This document shows positions 36,232-45,905 of a stretch of 64,000 bases of DNA, one piece after another; the first letter of the stretch is position 1; each line of letters begins with the position of its first letter. Under the pieces are notes generated by a model. That model searched no databases. It was not told the origin of the DNA and worked only from the letters and a program-made list of their open reading frames with translations. The translations under genes and the position numbers were made by a program. The stretch is from the sequence record MZ444140.1, one strand, 5' to 3'.

Positions 36232-37128
36232 TTAAATTTTCAATAGGAACCCATTGTGATTAAATGAGATAATACAGTTATGCCCCATCATGACAGTATG
36301 ATAAGATACTATATTGTCACGTGTATTATTTGAAATCTTGTTCACCTTAAATTCATTCATGATAGCATTATGAATGGCTAAGTCTTTTTCTCGATACTGA
36401 TTTGAAAAAATAATAACAGCAGGGTTAATATTGATAGTATCCATTGCATTAAGAAAATATTCAACATCAAACTTTTTAATAGTTTCAGATTTTCCAACAC
36501 AACCCTTAGTTTCATCAATTAATGAAAAACCAATAGTTCTAATTGGTTCGTCCTCATTATGGAAGTCATAATTGGTAATGCTCATACCTATCAATAGTCC
36601 ATTTTTATCTACATTAACTACTTTAGAATCAGTGTACTTATAAATATCACTGATTGCATAACCAGCCGAATACAATACATCTTTAAAATGACTAGTTACT
36701 TTATCAATAATAAAGTTTTGATAATCTGTTTGATATAGTTTATCACTATGTTCAAGCTTTTTGATAATATCACTTAGTTCATGATACACGTTGGTAAAAC
36801 TATTCGAAAAATAATTATCTTTTATTCCTAACCTAGTTAACAGATCTAGCTGGATTTCTTTTTTAGATAGTTTCGTAGAATTACTAAGTTTTTCAATGAC
36901 GGATGTAATTGTACGTAGATCAATTGCTAGTGAAAGTGATTTAAAGATATTATTAATTGGTGTATCAGATAGCTTTGAAATAGCTATTAGTAGATTATCT
37001 AATTCATCATTAGTAATTTTCAGTTCTTTCACAATGTCGTTATATTCAATTAGTTTACCATCAATAATATTACAGATTAGAAGTTTATGTAATTCTTTAA
37101 TAGTGGTATTAATTTGTAGATTATTCAT
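36232..37128 (-). CDS. hypothetical protein, 298 aa (very AT-rich)
   Basis: Long ORF; SD AAGG. Confidence 0.75.
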   Translation of the reverse strand: MNNLQINTTIKELHKLLICNIIDGKLIEYNDIVKELKITNDELDNLLIAISKLSDTPINNIFKSLSLAIDLRTITSVIEKLSNSTKLSKKEIQLDLLTRLGIKDNYFSNSFTNVYHELSDIIKKLEHSDKLYQTDYQNFIIDKVTSHFKDVLYSAGYAISDIYKYTDSKVVNVDKNGLLIGMSITNYDFHNEDEPIRTIGFSLIDETKGCVGKSETIKKFDVEYFLNAMDTININPAVIIFSNQYREKDLAIHNAIMNEFKVNKISNNTRDNIVSYHTVMMGHNCIISFNHNGFLLKI

Positions 37129-37148
37129 TTTTTTACCTTTTAGTTAAT

Positions 37149-37586
37149 TTAAAATTTATTTACAGCTCTAAGAAAATATTCAGATGGATCATCGAAGAAG
37201 ACAATACTATCAATAACACTATTTTGTCGAGTACACCTTACTTTGATAAGATTATATTCTCTGAATTTATTAAGACCCCAAGCTTCTTTAGCACGATGAC
37301 GTAACCCACTACCAACAATAGCCCCATACCTAGTTTGTTCAACAAATAAATAAACATCCCAGCCATGATGATTATCATGGTATTTTGCGTAGTATTTATT
37401 GTCTTTAGTTTTGTTTAAACTAAGACTATACCTTTCTGTCTGTAGTTGATTAATATTCGATTTAATCATTTCATTTAATTTGGGTTCCACTGTATGAATG
37501 ACATCGCCAGCAGTAGTGGCCATTACCTTTAGTTTGTGATGCACGTTCGTAAGAACGTCCTCCCAAATGTTAGTAACTACGTCCAT
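37149..37586 (-). CDS. hypothetical protein
   Basis: First gene after promoter 37632; SD GAGG. Confidence 0.75.
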   Translation of the reverse strand: MDVVTNIWEDVLTNVHHKLKVMATTAGDVIHTVEPKLNEMIKSNINQLQTERYSLSLNKTKDNKYYAKYHDNHHGWDVYLFVEQTRYGAIVGSGLRHRAKEAWGLNKFREYNLIKVRCTRQNSVIDSIVFFDDPSEYFLRAVNKF

Positions 37587-37631
37587 CTATTAAAACCTCG
37601 ACACATTAATTTGATTTTGTAATACACACAT

Positions 37632-37639
37632 GTAATATA
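37632..37639 (-). promoter_or_regulatory. early promoter TATATTAC
   Basis: Minus ...TTTATTTGAGATCTATATTACA. Confidence 0.8.
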
Positions 37640-37685
37640 GATCTCAAATAAAATTTAGTGCAATAGCCCTCCCCGAAGGGAGGGC
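37638..37685. repeat. 48-bp exact repeat, copy 1 (terminator plus promoter upstream element)
   Basis: TAGATCTCAAATAAAATTTAGTGCAATAGCCCTCCCCGAAGGGAGGGC, identical to 52299-52346. Confidence 0.9.
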
Positions 37686-37697
37686 CATATGCTCTTA

Positions 37698-38027
37698 TTA
37701 TCGATTAACTACACGATAATTATCAATAATAAACTCGATGTACTGCTCGACATCATGTAAGAAGCAGTTGTAACTATACCGATCAAGTTTATTTAAAGCT
37801 TCAGTTAGAACTGGTTCGATATAGATATTTATTTCAGCTATTGATGGAATCTCAACATACTTGTTTTCATATTCGGTAAGCTGCTCCTTTACCTTAGCCA
37901 TTTGCTTTTTGTAAATGTATTCCATCGACCATTCTTTATAAATGGAACGTGCCCCATCAAAGAGATGGTAACCAAATGCAATACCACCAAGCACCAGAAC
38001 ACCAGTGGAAATAGTTGACATATTCAT
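37698..38027 (-). CDS. N-terminally anchored membrane protein
   Basis: ISTGVLVLGGIAFG; SD AGGAG. Confidence 0.7.
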   Translation of the reverse strand: MNMSTISTGVLVLGGIAFGYHLFDGARSIYKEWSMEYIYKKQMAKVKEQLTEYENKYVEIPSIAEINIYIEPVLTEALNKLDRYSYNCFLHDVEQYIEFIIDNYRVVNR

Positions 38028-38063
38028 GACATATCTCCTTTTTTCAAGATTGAATTCACATTA

Positions 38064-38071
38064 GTAATATA
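38064..38071 (-). promoter_or_regulatory. early promoter TATATTAC
   Basis: Minus ...TTCAAACATATTTTAACAGTATATTAC. Confidence 0.8.
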
Positions 38072-38112
38072 CTGTTAAAATATGTTTGAATACAAAAAAA
38101 TAAAATATAAAG

Positions 38113-38128
38113 CCTCCCCGAAGGGAGG
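38113..38128 (-). terminator. intrinsic terminator
   Basis: CCTCCC-CGAA-GGGAGG. Confidence 0.75.
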
Positions 38129-38156
38129 ACTTTATGGTGACTTTGTAAAAGACTTA

Positions 38157-38639
38157 TTATAGTTGAAAGTCTTTATCTTCTTCAATGATTTCATGACCTG
38201 GTGAATTAACTATATTTTTATTTAAACGAACTCGTTCATCTACTAAGTATTTAACTACTTTAAGTAATTGACTTATCGACAGGTCATTATTTTCATCAGT
38301 ATCTGATTTAAAAATACGACCACTGATAGGTGAAGCATTTGTAAAACAAATACCTTCATTATCTTTATAAATATCATAATACCATACGACATATGGACTA
38401 TTGGTATTACTTATGACAAATACTAAAAATAGATCTTCATCATCGCCTTGACCACTCAGGATCCCGATATTTTTTCGATGCGTTATACCACCTGTAATAA
38501 CTAGGCCGTTGGCGTCATCACTGAATTTAAATATATCATACCCACCTTCAAGTTTACCATTTTCAAAATACTGTAATAGCGCACCACCTACTACAGCACC
38601 CCATGAAAAGAAGTTATCTTTATTTAAATGCTCAACCAT
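38157..38639 (-). CDS. hypothetical protein (likely start MVEHL)
   Basis: SD GAGGA before 38639. Confidence 0.65.
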   Translation of the reverse strand: MVEHLNKDNFFSWGAVVGGALLQYFENGKLEGGYDIFKFSDDANGLVITGGITHRKNIGILSGQGDDEDLFLVFVISNTNSPYVVWYYDIYKDNEGICFTNASPISGRIFKSDTDENNDLSISQLLKVVKYLVDERVRLNKNIVNSPGHEIIEEDKDFQL

Positions 38640-38780
38640 CTTAAAAATCCTCTTTAGGTTCAGTGATCCGAGAATAAAGAACAAACATATCAGTTAGGAT
38701 ATTTCTATCTAGAATGGTATGTGTAAATAAGATTCCATATTGAAATATACCTGTAGTCTACAAATTATAAAACAGCATAA

Positions 38781-38809
38781 AAAGAGAGAGGATAAATTCC
38801 TCTCTCTTT
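38781..38809 (-). terminator. intrinsic terminator
   Basis: AAAGAGAGAGGA-TAAAT-TCCTCTCTCTTT. Confidence 0.8.
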
Positions 38810-38825
38810 ATGCAACTAAATAGTT

Positions 38826-38948
38826 TTACTCTTTTTGTTTCTCTTTAGCTTCACGTTTAGCTTTGAGTTCTGCGTTATTAAGCCGCCAAGCAGCTTGCAT
38901 AGTAGCTAGATTGACAAACTTAGGCTGTTGCTTATTTTTAACTTTCAT
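38826..38948 (-). CDS. 40-aa basic peptide; absent from ORF track
   Basis: MKVKNKQQPKFVNLATMQAAWRLNNAELKAKREAKEKQKE. Confidence 0.55.
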   Translation of the reverse strand: MKVKNKQQPKFVNLATMQAAWRLNNAELKAKREAKEKQKE

Positions 38949-39019
38949 TTGCTAATTCCAAATTTATTTCGAATGGTTAATCTAAACTATTAAATTGCTT
39001 CATATTCTTCATGCATAAT

Positions 39020-39313
39020 TTAATCCTCAGTCAGCGTAGTATAATCTACATAAAGATCATTGAGTTGCTCTTTTAATGAAATATTTATTTTTAATTCATT
39101 AAGAGTAATCCTATTCCAATGTTTACGCGGATTACCACATAGCATACAACGAGACCTACCGCAGTTAAACGGATTATGTTTACGCCATTTACCTTTAGCC
39201 TTTGCTGAAGGATTAGTGTCATTATAACGACTCTCGGCTAGTGAAACATAATAATTAACTATACGAGTATTGTGATGACGATTAAGTTGTGCAGATAGTT
39301 TGTTGCTTGACAT
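39020..39313 (-). CDS. basic protein with Cys cluster (possible Zn binder)
   Basis: NCGRSRCMLCGNPRK. Confidence 0.7.
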   Translation of the reverse strand: MSSNKLSAQLNRHHNTRIVNYYVSLAESRYNDTNPSAKAKGKWRKHNPFNCGRSRCMLCGNPRKHWNRITLNELKINISLKEQLNDLYVDYTTLTED

Positions 39314-39412
39314 ATTTATACTCCACCTTAATACCCCTACCCCAATATGGAGTAGGGTAAAGTATGTAGTAGAGTAAATTTAATACATTAACTTTTAACA
39401 TTCTAAACTTCA

Positions 39413-39913
39413 TTAATTTTCCACAATATCCTGGATGGTACGTAGACTTTCTTGCATTGTCAGTAAGAAATTACGATAAGGTTCACTGGTGTCCAAAAAA
39501 GGTGGCATGTTTAACCTATTAGTAACCTCTTCTAGAAATTCTTTATACTTATAAAGATTAATAGTGAATTTATTACAATCTGGATCAGTAGTAGTTGGGA
39601 TAATATAATTACGAATAATGTAGTAAATATGAAAACTGCTACCATATTCAATTAAAGTATAAGGATTATCATCAATGAATTTCTGTGCTTCTTTTCCTTT
39701 TAAGGCGAAATCTTCTCGTTCAACGATTTCATGAAGTAGCGGCCCTAAGAATTGCATTGGAATCACACCATACATTTTAGCGAATTCCTTAATATCTTTA
39801 TATGTTACTTTTGGATTAGGATATACCTCACGATTCCTACCAATATTTCTAACTAGGTATAGTTTTTCTTTTACTAAAATATTTTCGATACATAGTTCAT
39901 CTTTAAATAGCAT
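39413..39913 (-). CDS. hypothetical protein
   Basis: SD AGGA. Confidence 0.7.
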   Translation of the reverse strand: MLFKDELCIENILVKEKLYLVRNIGRNREVYPNPKVTYKDIKEFAKMYGVIPMQFLGPLLHEIVEREDFALKGKEAQKFIDDNPYTLIEYGSSFHIYYIIRNYIIPTTTDPDCNKFTINLYKYKEFLEEVTNRLNMPPFLDTSEPYRNFLLTMQESLRTIQDIVEN

Positions 39914-39977
39914 AAAATATTTTCCTTTTAATAAGATAGTATTAAACTTTTTTCTTTATTTACTAATATTTTCTTTG

Positions 39978-40796
39978 TTATATACACTGTAGTTTCGAGA
40001 ATGTGTCGAGCTTGTACTTGTCAACAAAATGCCAGGCTAGATCGGTAAGTGCATAGATGTCCGGACGTTCATATTTACCGAAGTCTGGTTTCTCACGACT
40101 CAATTGAAAATCGATGAACTGATCTAATATAGGGCAACGATCTATCAGATCCTGTTCAATAGACCCAACCTTATCATTAACCAGTTCTTGGATACGTTTA
40201 TAAAGGATAGGATCTGACAGAAGAGGCAGTAGGTCATGGAATACCATCGGCGGATGTTCCAGACTTTCACGGACCCACATTGCAGCCAACAGAGGACGAA
40301 GAGAGTAGAAGTATTTCTTCATCCGGATCTTCTCATCTGACAACCAACGCATTTTGGTTTGTTTGGCCATCGAGATATAATGCATGTAACTCGATTCAGG
40401 GATGAAGTGCTTTAGCGCAGCATCACGGATTAACTTGTAGTCCCGATCAACCTTACGGTAAACGATTGGGGAGTTTAGCCATTCCAAGAGAGTGGGGTTA
40501 GACTTGTAAGCAAGCTGAAGAGTCTTAGTGATACTCCAACCAGCTAGGTCTAGTTCTTTAGACACCATCTCTTCAATAGTATCACGTGCTTCATTATCCA
40601 CACGAACATAATGACTCGGATGGTTAACATAAATGAAACGAACGTCATAATCACTATTAGTAGAAGCGAAACCCCAACCACGACTACCGGACTCACAGGC
40701 ATAAATAACCTTTACACCATACTTCTGTTCAATTCTAGTTAGTTCTGTATCAATGACTGAACGCATCTCATCACTAACCGGATGACGTGGATCCAT
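39978..40796 (-). CDS. nucleotidyltransferase, YcgL/RlaP (Pol-beta superfamily) type
   Basis: YACESGSRGWGFAS..SDYDVRFIY...DL.GW...K.L.L..KSNP.LLEWL.SP. Confidence 0.85.
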   Translation of the reverse strand: MDPRHPVSDEMRSVIDTELTRIEQKYGVKVIYACESGSRGWGFASTNSDYDVRFIYVNHPSHYVRVDNEARDTIEEMVSKELDLAGWSITKTLQLAYKSNPTLLEWLNSPIVYRKVDRDYKLIRDAALKHFIPESSYMHYISMAKQTKMRWLSDEKIRMKKYFYSLRPLLAAMWVRESLEHPPMVFHDLLPLLSDPILYKRIQELVNDKVGSIEQDLIDRCPILDQFIDFQLSREKPDFGKYERPDIYALTDLAWHFVDKYKLDTFSKLQCI

Positions 40797-40853
40797 TATT
40801 CGCCTACCTTTTCAAAAAGCAAGAAGTTCATTATTCCACCAAGGGAAAATAAA

Positions 40854-40871
40854 GCCTCCCCGAAGGGAGGC
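40854..40871 (-). terminator. intrinsic terminator
   Basis: GCCTCCC-CGAA-GGGAGGC. Confidence 0.8.
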
Positions 40872-40878
40872 GTTTATG

Positions 40879-42345
40879 TTAAACAGCAACTTTACCAGCA
40901 ATGTGTGGATGATATTCATAGTTCTCGATAACAAAATCATCTACACCAATTTCCCGAATATCTTTACCAATAGCTTCTTCTTTAAAACGGATGGTAGGTA
41001 GAACCTTCGGTTCACGAGTTAATTGAAGATCAGTTTGTTCTTGGTGGTTAGAGTAAATATGTACATCACCACCAGTCCAGATAAACTCTTCAGCAATCAT
41101 ATTCATTTGGTTAGCTAACATGTGAGTCAGCAGACTATAGAACGTGATGTTAAAGGGTTTTCCTAAGAAAGTATCACAAGATCTTTGATAGAGTTGACAA
41201 CTGATGGCTCGTTTCGGAGCACCATGTTGATCCAGCCATTCTACTACTGCTTCATCTGTAGCCTTTTCATAACCACGACAGACACGCAGAAGTGCTTTAA
41301 CCTGCTCAGCACTATCGAATGGAGGTTGACCACGAGTAATCTCACCACTAATCTTATCATGATAAGCATCAGCTTCGAACTGGGTTTGGTCTAGAGCTTG
41401 CACTCGTTCATCTACGGTCAGTTCACGGGTCCAGAACTGAATAAATGCGTGGCAAGGTGGGAGTGCCTGCTCATCAATAAGATGTGGCGCCCATGCACAA
41501 ACAATGATCCGACGAGAATCCGGGTTGGTGCGAAGTTGATCGATGATGTCTTGGATTTGGTCGATACGTCGAGTAACCACGCATCGATCGGTTTCCATGG
41601 TTGTACCTGGGATATCCGCCACGAAGTCAAAACCACGCTTCTCATAATCAAACCACTCATATTTAGGGATTACACGAGTGTCTTCAAGATTACGCCATGT
41701 CTTACCGTAAACAGCACCTAGATCGCCGCCGACCAGACGCTCTGGTTCTTTATGCATCAAAGCACGATACAGTCGCTTGTTATATTCAGCACGAATACCT
41801 TCAGGATTTTTGGCTTCATCGAACCCTTCAGTAGCGAACCTATTCCACGACGTTACGCTAACTCCAATGATGTATTGGATTTCCTCACGGTTAACTGGAT
41901 ATTCATCCCAGAAGGCCTGAATAGTCTCTGGAGTCATACCCGACTCGAATTCCGCTACAGTCTCAATGAATGGAGTAGAGTCATCGTTCATACAATGTAA
42001 GTACATTACGAATGGGGCACCAATGAGGGCAGTTACTGCTTTAAGAACGGCCTCATCGGTCATCGGCTCATATACTGCGGTTTCAGGTTTAACCCACTCG
42101 TTCCAGATGCGTACACCATTAGCGATCAGGTAATCCACCTTAGTATCACCTGACAGCATCCAGAACAATTCATGAATTACAGAAGCTAGATGAATCTTCT
42201 TGGTGGTTACAACTGGTAGCCGATTATTACGCAGACTATAACGTTCTTGTTGACCAAACATGCTCTGAGTACCAGTACCAGTACGGTCACCTTTATGTAC
42301 ACCGTGTTCTTTAACTAAACGGATTGAATTAAGATATTGTTCCAT
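40879..42345 (-). CDS. thyA: thymidylate synthase with large insertions
   Basis: DRTGTGT, PVVTTKK, IWNEW, DLGAVYG.TWR, SRRIIV.AW, ALPPCH, LYQRSCD.FLG.PFN, GDVHIY.NH. Confidence 0.95.
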   Translation of the reverse strand: MEQYLNSIRLVKEHGVHKGDRTGTGTQSMFGQQERYSLRNNRLPVVTTKKIHLASVIHELFWMLSGDTKVDYLIANGVRIWNEWVKPETAVYEPMTDEAVLKAVTALIGAPFVMYLHCMNDDSTPFIETVAEFESGMTPETIQAFWDEYPVNREEIQYIIGVSVTSWNRFATEGFDEAKNPEGIRAEYNKRLYRALMHKEPERLVGGDLGAVYGKTWRNLEDTRVIPKYEWFDYEKRGFDFVADIPGTTMETDRCVVTRRIDQIQDIIDQLRTNPDSRRIIVCAWAPHLIDEQALPPCHAFIQFWTRELTVDERVQALDQTQFEADAYHDKISGEITRGQPPFDSAEQVKALLRVCRGYEKATDEAVVEWLDQHGAPKRAISCQLYQRSCDTFLGKPFNITFYSLLTHMLANQMNMIAEEFIWTGGDVHIYSNHQEQTDLQLTREPKVLPTIRFKEEAIGKDIREIGVDDFVIENYEYHPHIAGKVAV

Positions 42346-42545
42346 TACTTGATCCTCGGATTGTCTACTAGTCCACAGTTGAACCAGAGATGTTTATCAT
42401 GGCGGCGATCATCACTAATAGATACGATCGTACCCTTACCATCTTTAAAGTTAATAATCAATGCCCGAACTCGGCCATGGGAGAGAGCATTGAAAATTTT
42501 GTACGACTTTACACTGAATGCGATTCTTTCATCAAGACGATCCAT
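42345..42545 (-). CDS. hypothetical protein
   Basis: TAATG overlap with thyA. Confidence 0.6.
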   Translation of the reverse strand: MDRLDERIAFSVKSYKIFNALSHGRVRALIINFKDGKGTIVSISDDRRHDKHLWFNCGLVDNPRIK

Positions 42546-42572
42546 ACTTCATTCCTCTAACCTTACTGGTAA

Positions 42573-42866
42573 TCATAGATCAACCTCTATCCGTTTGTAT
42601 TTGATATTAACTGGAATACCTAATTCATTTTTTACAAGATTAAATGAGTTTTTCGATGGAGTGTATGTAGCAACTATAACGGCTTGGCTATCAGCTACAA
42701 CTACATCTCGCCATTCCATGTGCATGTTATCGAAATCATCTTTACCCATAATCAAGTAATAAGACGTATCATTATGCGTAATGGTATTTTCAAACGGTCT
42801 AATTACAAAAGCACTTAAACTAGACTGTATACGGTGTCCTACTTGTTCAAGTGTAACTGTATACAT
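42573..42866 (-). CDS. hypothetical protein
   Basis: SD AGGAGG. Confidence 0.7.
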   Translation of the reverse strand: MYTVTLEQVGHRIQSSLSAFVIRPFENTITHNDTSYYLIMGKDDFDNMHMEWRDVVVADSQAVIVATYTPSKNSFNLVKNELGIPVNIKYKRIEVDL

Positions 42867-42887
42867 AAAACCTCCTAGACGGTATAC

Positions 42888-42907
42888 GGGAGTCCCGAAG
42901 GACTCCC
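42888..42907 (-). terminator. hairpin, probable terminator or processing site
   Basis: GGGAGTCC-CGAA-GGACTCCC; no U tract on minus. Confidence 0.55.
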
Positions 42908-42971
42908 TAAGCGCAACTAACCAATCGGCTAGTATCTTGCCTATAATATTAATCTATTAAAAGTATTTTTA

Positions 42972-43679
42972 TTACAGACCAATACGTGTCAAAATTTCAG
43001 CCCAACCTTTCTCTTTAGCATATCGCAATAGGCTATTTTCAATATGGGTCTCACTATAGACAATAGGCTCATGACCACCTTGCACATGATACATTGTTAA
43101 TGGTTCCACCACATGTTGACTAGACCAAGCATCGTATAAACGATCATTGATTTTAATCACCACATATACCATCAATTTATCGTCGATGTCAAGATCAATA
43201 CCTGCTACAAATGCATTAACATTGGAACGCACTTGGTCAGCAGTTAGTTGCACTTGCAGCCCGCCATGTACTTCAAATTCGATATCACAGATATTCTTAT
43301 TTAACCAAGTATACACTGCCTGATTAGCATATGTCTCAATTGGATCACTACTACGTAAATCTATTAATGGACCATATGTTTCTAATGATGAGACACTGGT
43401 ATCAACTAAGTCATTCAATGAGTATTCGGTACTAGAACAACTATCTAAAACACAGATAGTGTTATCCTCGATATGGATAGGTAATACCTTGAATACCACA
43501 TTAGCAACATTAGGTAATGAAGTACCTGGTTCAGAACTATTGAATGGAGTATAAAATAATCGATCAGCCACTTCATTATCAATAGTTGATACATCCATTG
43601 GAACGAATCCATTAAGATCTTGTTTGATTACGTCATTGTGTCCAATTCCAGAAAAAGATAAATACATTTTCTCAGACAT
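42972..43679 (-). CDS. hypothetical protein, 235 aa
   Basis: Long ORF in operon. Confidence 0.75.
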   Translation of the reverse strand: MSEKMYLSFSGIGHNDVIKQDLNGFVPMDVSTIDNEVADRLFYTPFNSSEPGTSLPNVANVVFKVLPIHIEDNTICVLDSCSSTEYSLNDLVDTSVSSLETYGPLIDLRSSDPIETYANQAVYTWLNKNICDIEFEVHGGLQVQLTADQVRSNVNAFVAGIDLDIDDKLMVYVVIKINDRLYDAWSSQHVVEPLTMYHVQGGHEPIVYSETHIENSLLRYAKEKGWAEILTRIGL

Positions 43680-43687
43680 ATCCGTAC

Positions 43688-43945
43688 CTATTTATTTACA
43701 CAGATTAGAGTATGTTCTACTTTACTAGTACTAGAAGAAAAATAACGTAATAGAACACCATCACTGATTTTTACAGTCTCTACATTATTACGAATAGCAC
43801 TTGCTTTAGCTAGTTTTTGAATGCGCTCAATCGCGCTAAAACAAGTAGCCATGTCAGAGAACTCAGCGGTTGACTGCGATGCACCATTGGCTTGATAACC
43901 AGCGATACTGATACTACTAAAAAGAATTGCTAAAGTTGCATTCAT
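43688..43945 (-). CDS. small putatively exported two-Cys protein
   Basis: Hydrophobic N-terminus; F.DM.TC..A...LICV. Confidence 0.6.
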   Translation of the reverse strand: MNATLAILFSSISIAGYQANGASQSTAEFSDMATCFSAIERIQKLAKASAIRNNVETVKISDGVLLRYFSSSTSKVEHTLICVNK

Positions 43946-44850
43946 TTCTTACCACCTTTAATAACAGTGAGTTTTGGTGTACCGGTAGGACGAGAAGGTT
44001 TATTAATAATAACCTGCGAATTGGAAGAATTATTGAAATCCTCAACCATCTTATTTACATCATTGTCAAATGAATTAGATGTATTATCACCCGAGTCCAC
44101 AGTTGATTCACTAACCACATTTGAAATAGGGTAACTGAGGAGTTCCATCATAAGTACATTGATGTTATCCTGATAGTTTTCATTACGTGTACAATTAATA
44201 ACCCGCTCACACCAATCCATAATTAATTCTGGTGCATTCTGTTTAATTACAGTTACCGCTACTCTAATATGTGCATCTAATTCTGGATTACTAAATTCAG
44301 TTACTCTGTTAATGGCGCTTTCAATCATCTGATCATGCTCATTCTCAGATGTATTCCTTACAACTAACTTACCATTAGTGGTATCGGCTTTATTTTTAAA
44401 ATTAACCTCAGTGACATTACCTACGGTAGTTAATACTGGGTTTTTGTCAACTACATTATTAACAGTTCCTTCTAATGTTGCACGAATAGTATCTGCATTG
44501 AGATATCTATCTACTAGTGGCATTTCAAAGAATGCGTTAGAATTATCATCAATAGGTGTAACTACACCCAATACTGCATAAAGAGGAAGTTTAATACTGA
44601 CCCCAACTCCATTTACTGTTACATTGAAAGAGATATATTCGTCACTGATATAAAAATTCTTTGCACAGCGTGGATGGATATTGAAAGTGATAGTGTGATC
44701 TTCTTTCGCATGCTTTAGAGCTACCTCAGATAAATCAGGTACTAATTGAGTATGTGCTACAATTAGAATATCTCTGAAGTTATTCTCAAGAAACCAATCA
44801 TAGGTAGCTCGAAGAATATGGCCAGTGAGTAATGATTTTACCTTTAGCAT
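43942..44850 (-). CDS. sspB: SspB-like ClpXP adaptor with extended linker
   Basis: LRATYDWFLEN...ITFNI.P.....ISFN....GV...I.LPL.AVL; C-terminal P.LTVIK XB-like tail. Confidence 0.75.
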   Translation of the reverse strand: MLKVKSLLTGHILRATYDWFLENNFRDILIVAHTQLVPDLSEVALKHAKEDHTITFNIHPRCAKNFYISDEYISFNVTVNGVGVSIKLPLYAVLGVVTPIDDNSNAFFEMPLVDRYLNADTIRATLEGTVNNVVDKNPVLTTVGNVTEVNFKNKADTTNGKLVVRNTSENEHDQMIESAINRVTEFSNPELDAHIRVAVTVIKQNAPELIMDWCERVINCTRNENYQDNINVLMMELLSYPISNVVSESTVDSGDNTSNSFDNDVNKMVEDFNNSSNSQVIINKPSRPTGTPKLTVIKGGKK

Positions 44851-44872
44851 ATTTGTATTACCTTTAAATAAA

Positions 44873-45340
44873 TTATAGGAAGATATCTTCTACTGAGGGC
44901 ACTATATTCTTTTCTTTTACAAGTTCAGTAGATTTGGTATAATGTGCATTAAATAGTTTCTTTAAATCTGCTTTTTCATATTTTACAGTATCTGCTAATT
45001 TCCAAATAGTAAGACCTAGATGAATACTAACTGAATTAACATGTTTTACGCATAGATCAATTAATTTGTTAAACTCTTCTAATTCATTTTTAATCAACGT
45101 TGCATCTAAAGCTTGGTGCAAACGATTAGATAATTTAACTTTATCTTTGTCAATTGTAAAGTTATTTTCAATATCCTTAGCACTCATCGGTGGTTCAACT
45201 TTATACCACACATTGGTTAGTTTACCGTCCACACGCGTCGTGATGGGATGTTTATAATCAGTCCAACTTCTATGTAGATTATGTTTATCATCAAGAACAT
45301 CTACAGTAACTTTCTCATTACCTGTAAAGAATGGATACAT
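44873..45340 (-). CDS. hypothetical protein
   Basis: ORF in operon. Confidence 0.7.
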   Translation of the reverse strand: MYPFFTGNEKVTVDVLDDKHNLHRSWTDYKHPITTRVDGKLTNVWYKVEPPMSAKDIENNFTIDKDKVKLSNRLHQALDATLIKNELEEFNKLIDLCVKHVNSVSIHLGLTIWKLADTVKYEKADLKKLFNAHYTKSTELVKEKNIVPSVEDIFL

Positions 45341-45513
45341 TAGGTTGCCTTTATTTTATCAATGAGTAATTTTAATAGTTCATCATTAGTTAAATTGTCT
45401 TTATTTTTAATAATGTCTTTTAGTTTAAACATATTGAAAGTATACCACAACCACTTATGAATTATATAACAAATCACTATAACTAATAATAGTAGTGAAT
45501 GTAATGCTAGCAT
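45340..45513 (-). CDS. 57-aa membrane protein; absent from ORF track
   Basis: MLALHSLLLLVIVICYIIHKWLWY...; TAATG overlap. Confidence 0.6.
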   Translation of the reverse strand: MLALHSLLLLVIVICYIIHKWLWYTFNMFKLKDIIKNKDNLTNDELLKLLIDKIKAT

Positions 45514-45549
45514 TATAACTACCTATTTTGATATGACTTGACCAAATAT

Positions 45550-45557
45550 GTAATATA
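45550..45557 (-). promoter_or_regulatory. early promoter TATATTAC
   Basis: Minus CATTAAATTTTTTTTGAAATCTATATTACA. Confidence 0.8.
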
Positions 45558-45584
45558 GATTTCAAAAAAAATTTAATGCAATAA

Positions 45585-45606
45585 AGGAGAGCTAAATAGC
45601 TCTCCT
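45585..45606 (-). terminator. intrinsic terminator
   Basis: AGGAGAGCTA-AA-TAGCTCTCCT. Confidence 0.75.
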
Positions 45607-45614
45607 ATTTATGC

Positions 45615-45905
45615 TTATTTATTTTTCTTTCTTGACTTATCTTTAATAACTAAGTCTAATGCTTCAAACATTTTAACAGCAGTTAAATGGTCGATAGAGT
45701 ATGCCTTTTTACGTAAACGTCCAATAGCTACTGTATACTGGTATTCAGATAAACCATCACTCATATTGTCAATAATTGATAGTGCTTCTTTATAAAGCCT
45801 GTTACACTTTATCGTGTGTTTGATGGCATAATAACCCCAGTTAATTAAAGCCATCATTATAATCAGAAACAAAATACCTATAATTACTGTCATGATATCA
45901 TTCAT
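45615..45905 (-). CDS. single-pass membrane protein, tandem paralogue
   Basis: TM then IIDNMSDGLSEYQY. Confidence 0.7.
   Translation of the reverse strand: MNDIMTVIIGILFLIIMMALINWGYYAIKHTIKCNRLYKEALSIIDNMSDGLSEYQYTVAIGRLRKKAYSIDHLTAVKMFEALDLVIKDKSRKKNK

Noticed and set aside
40879-42345. Intein or intron in thyA
   Set aside because: Continuous ORF; the inserts lack Cys/Ser starts, His-Asn ends and LAGLIDADG/HNH motifs
22150-42890. Recurrent (G)ACGGT motif near some starts (22150-22155, 24530-24535, 42879-42884)
   Set aside because: Only three loose instances; cannot be distinguished from chance by eye
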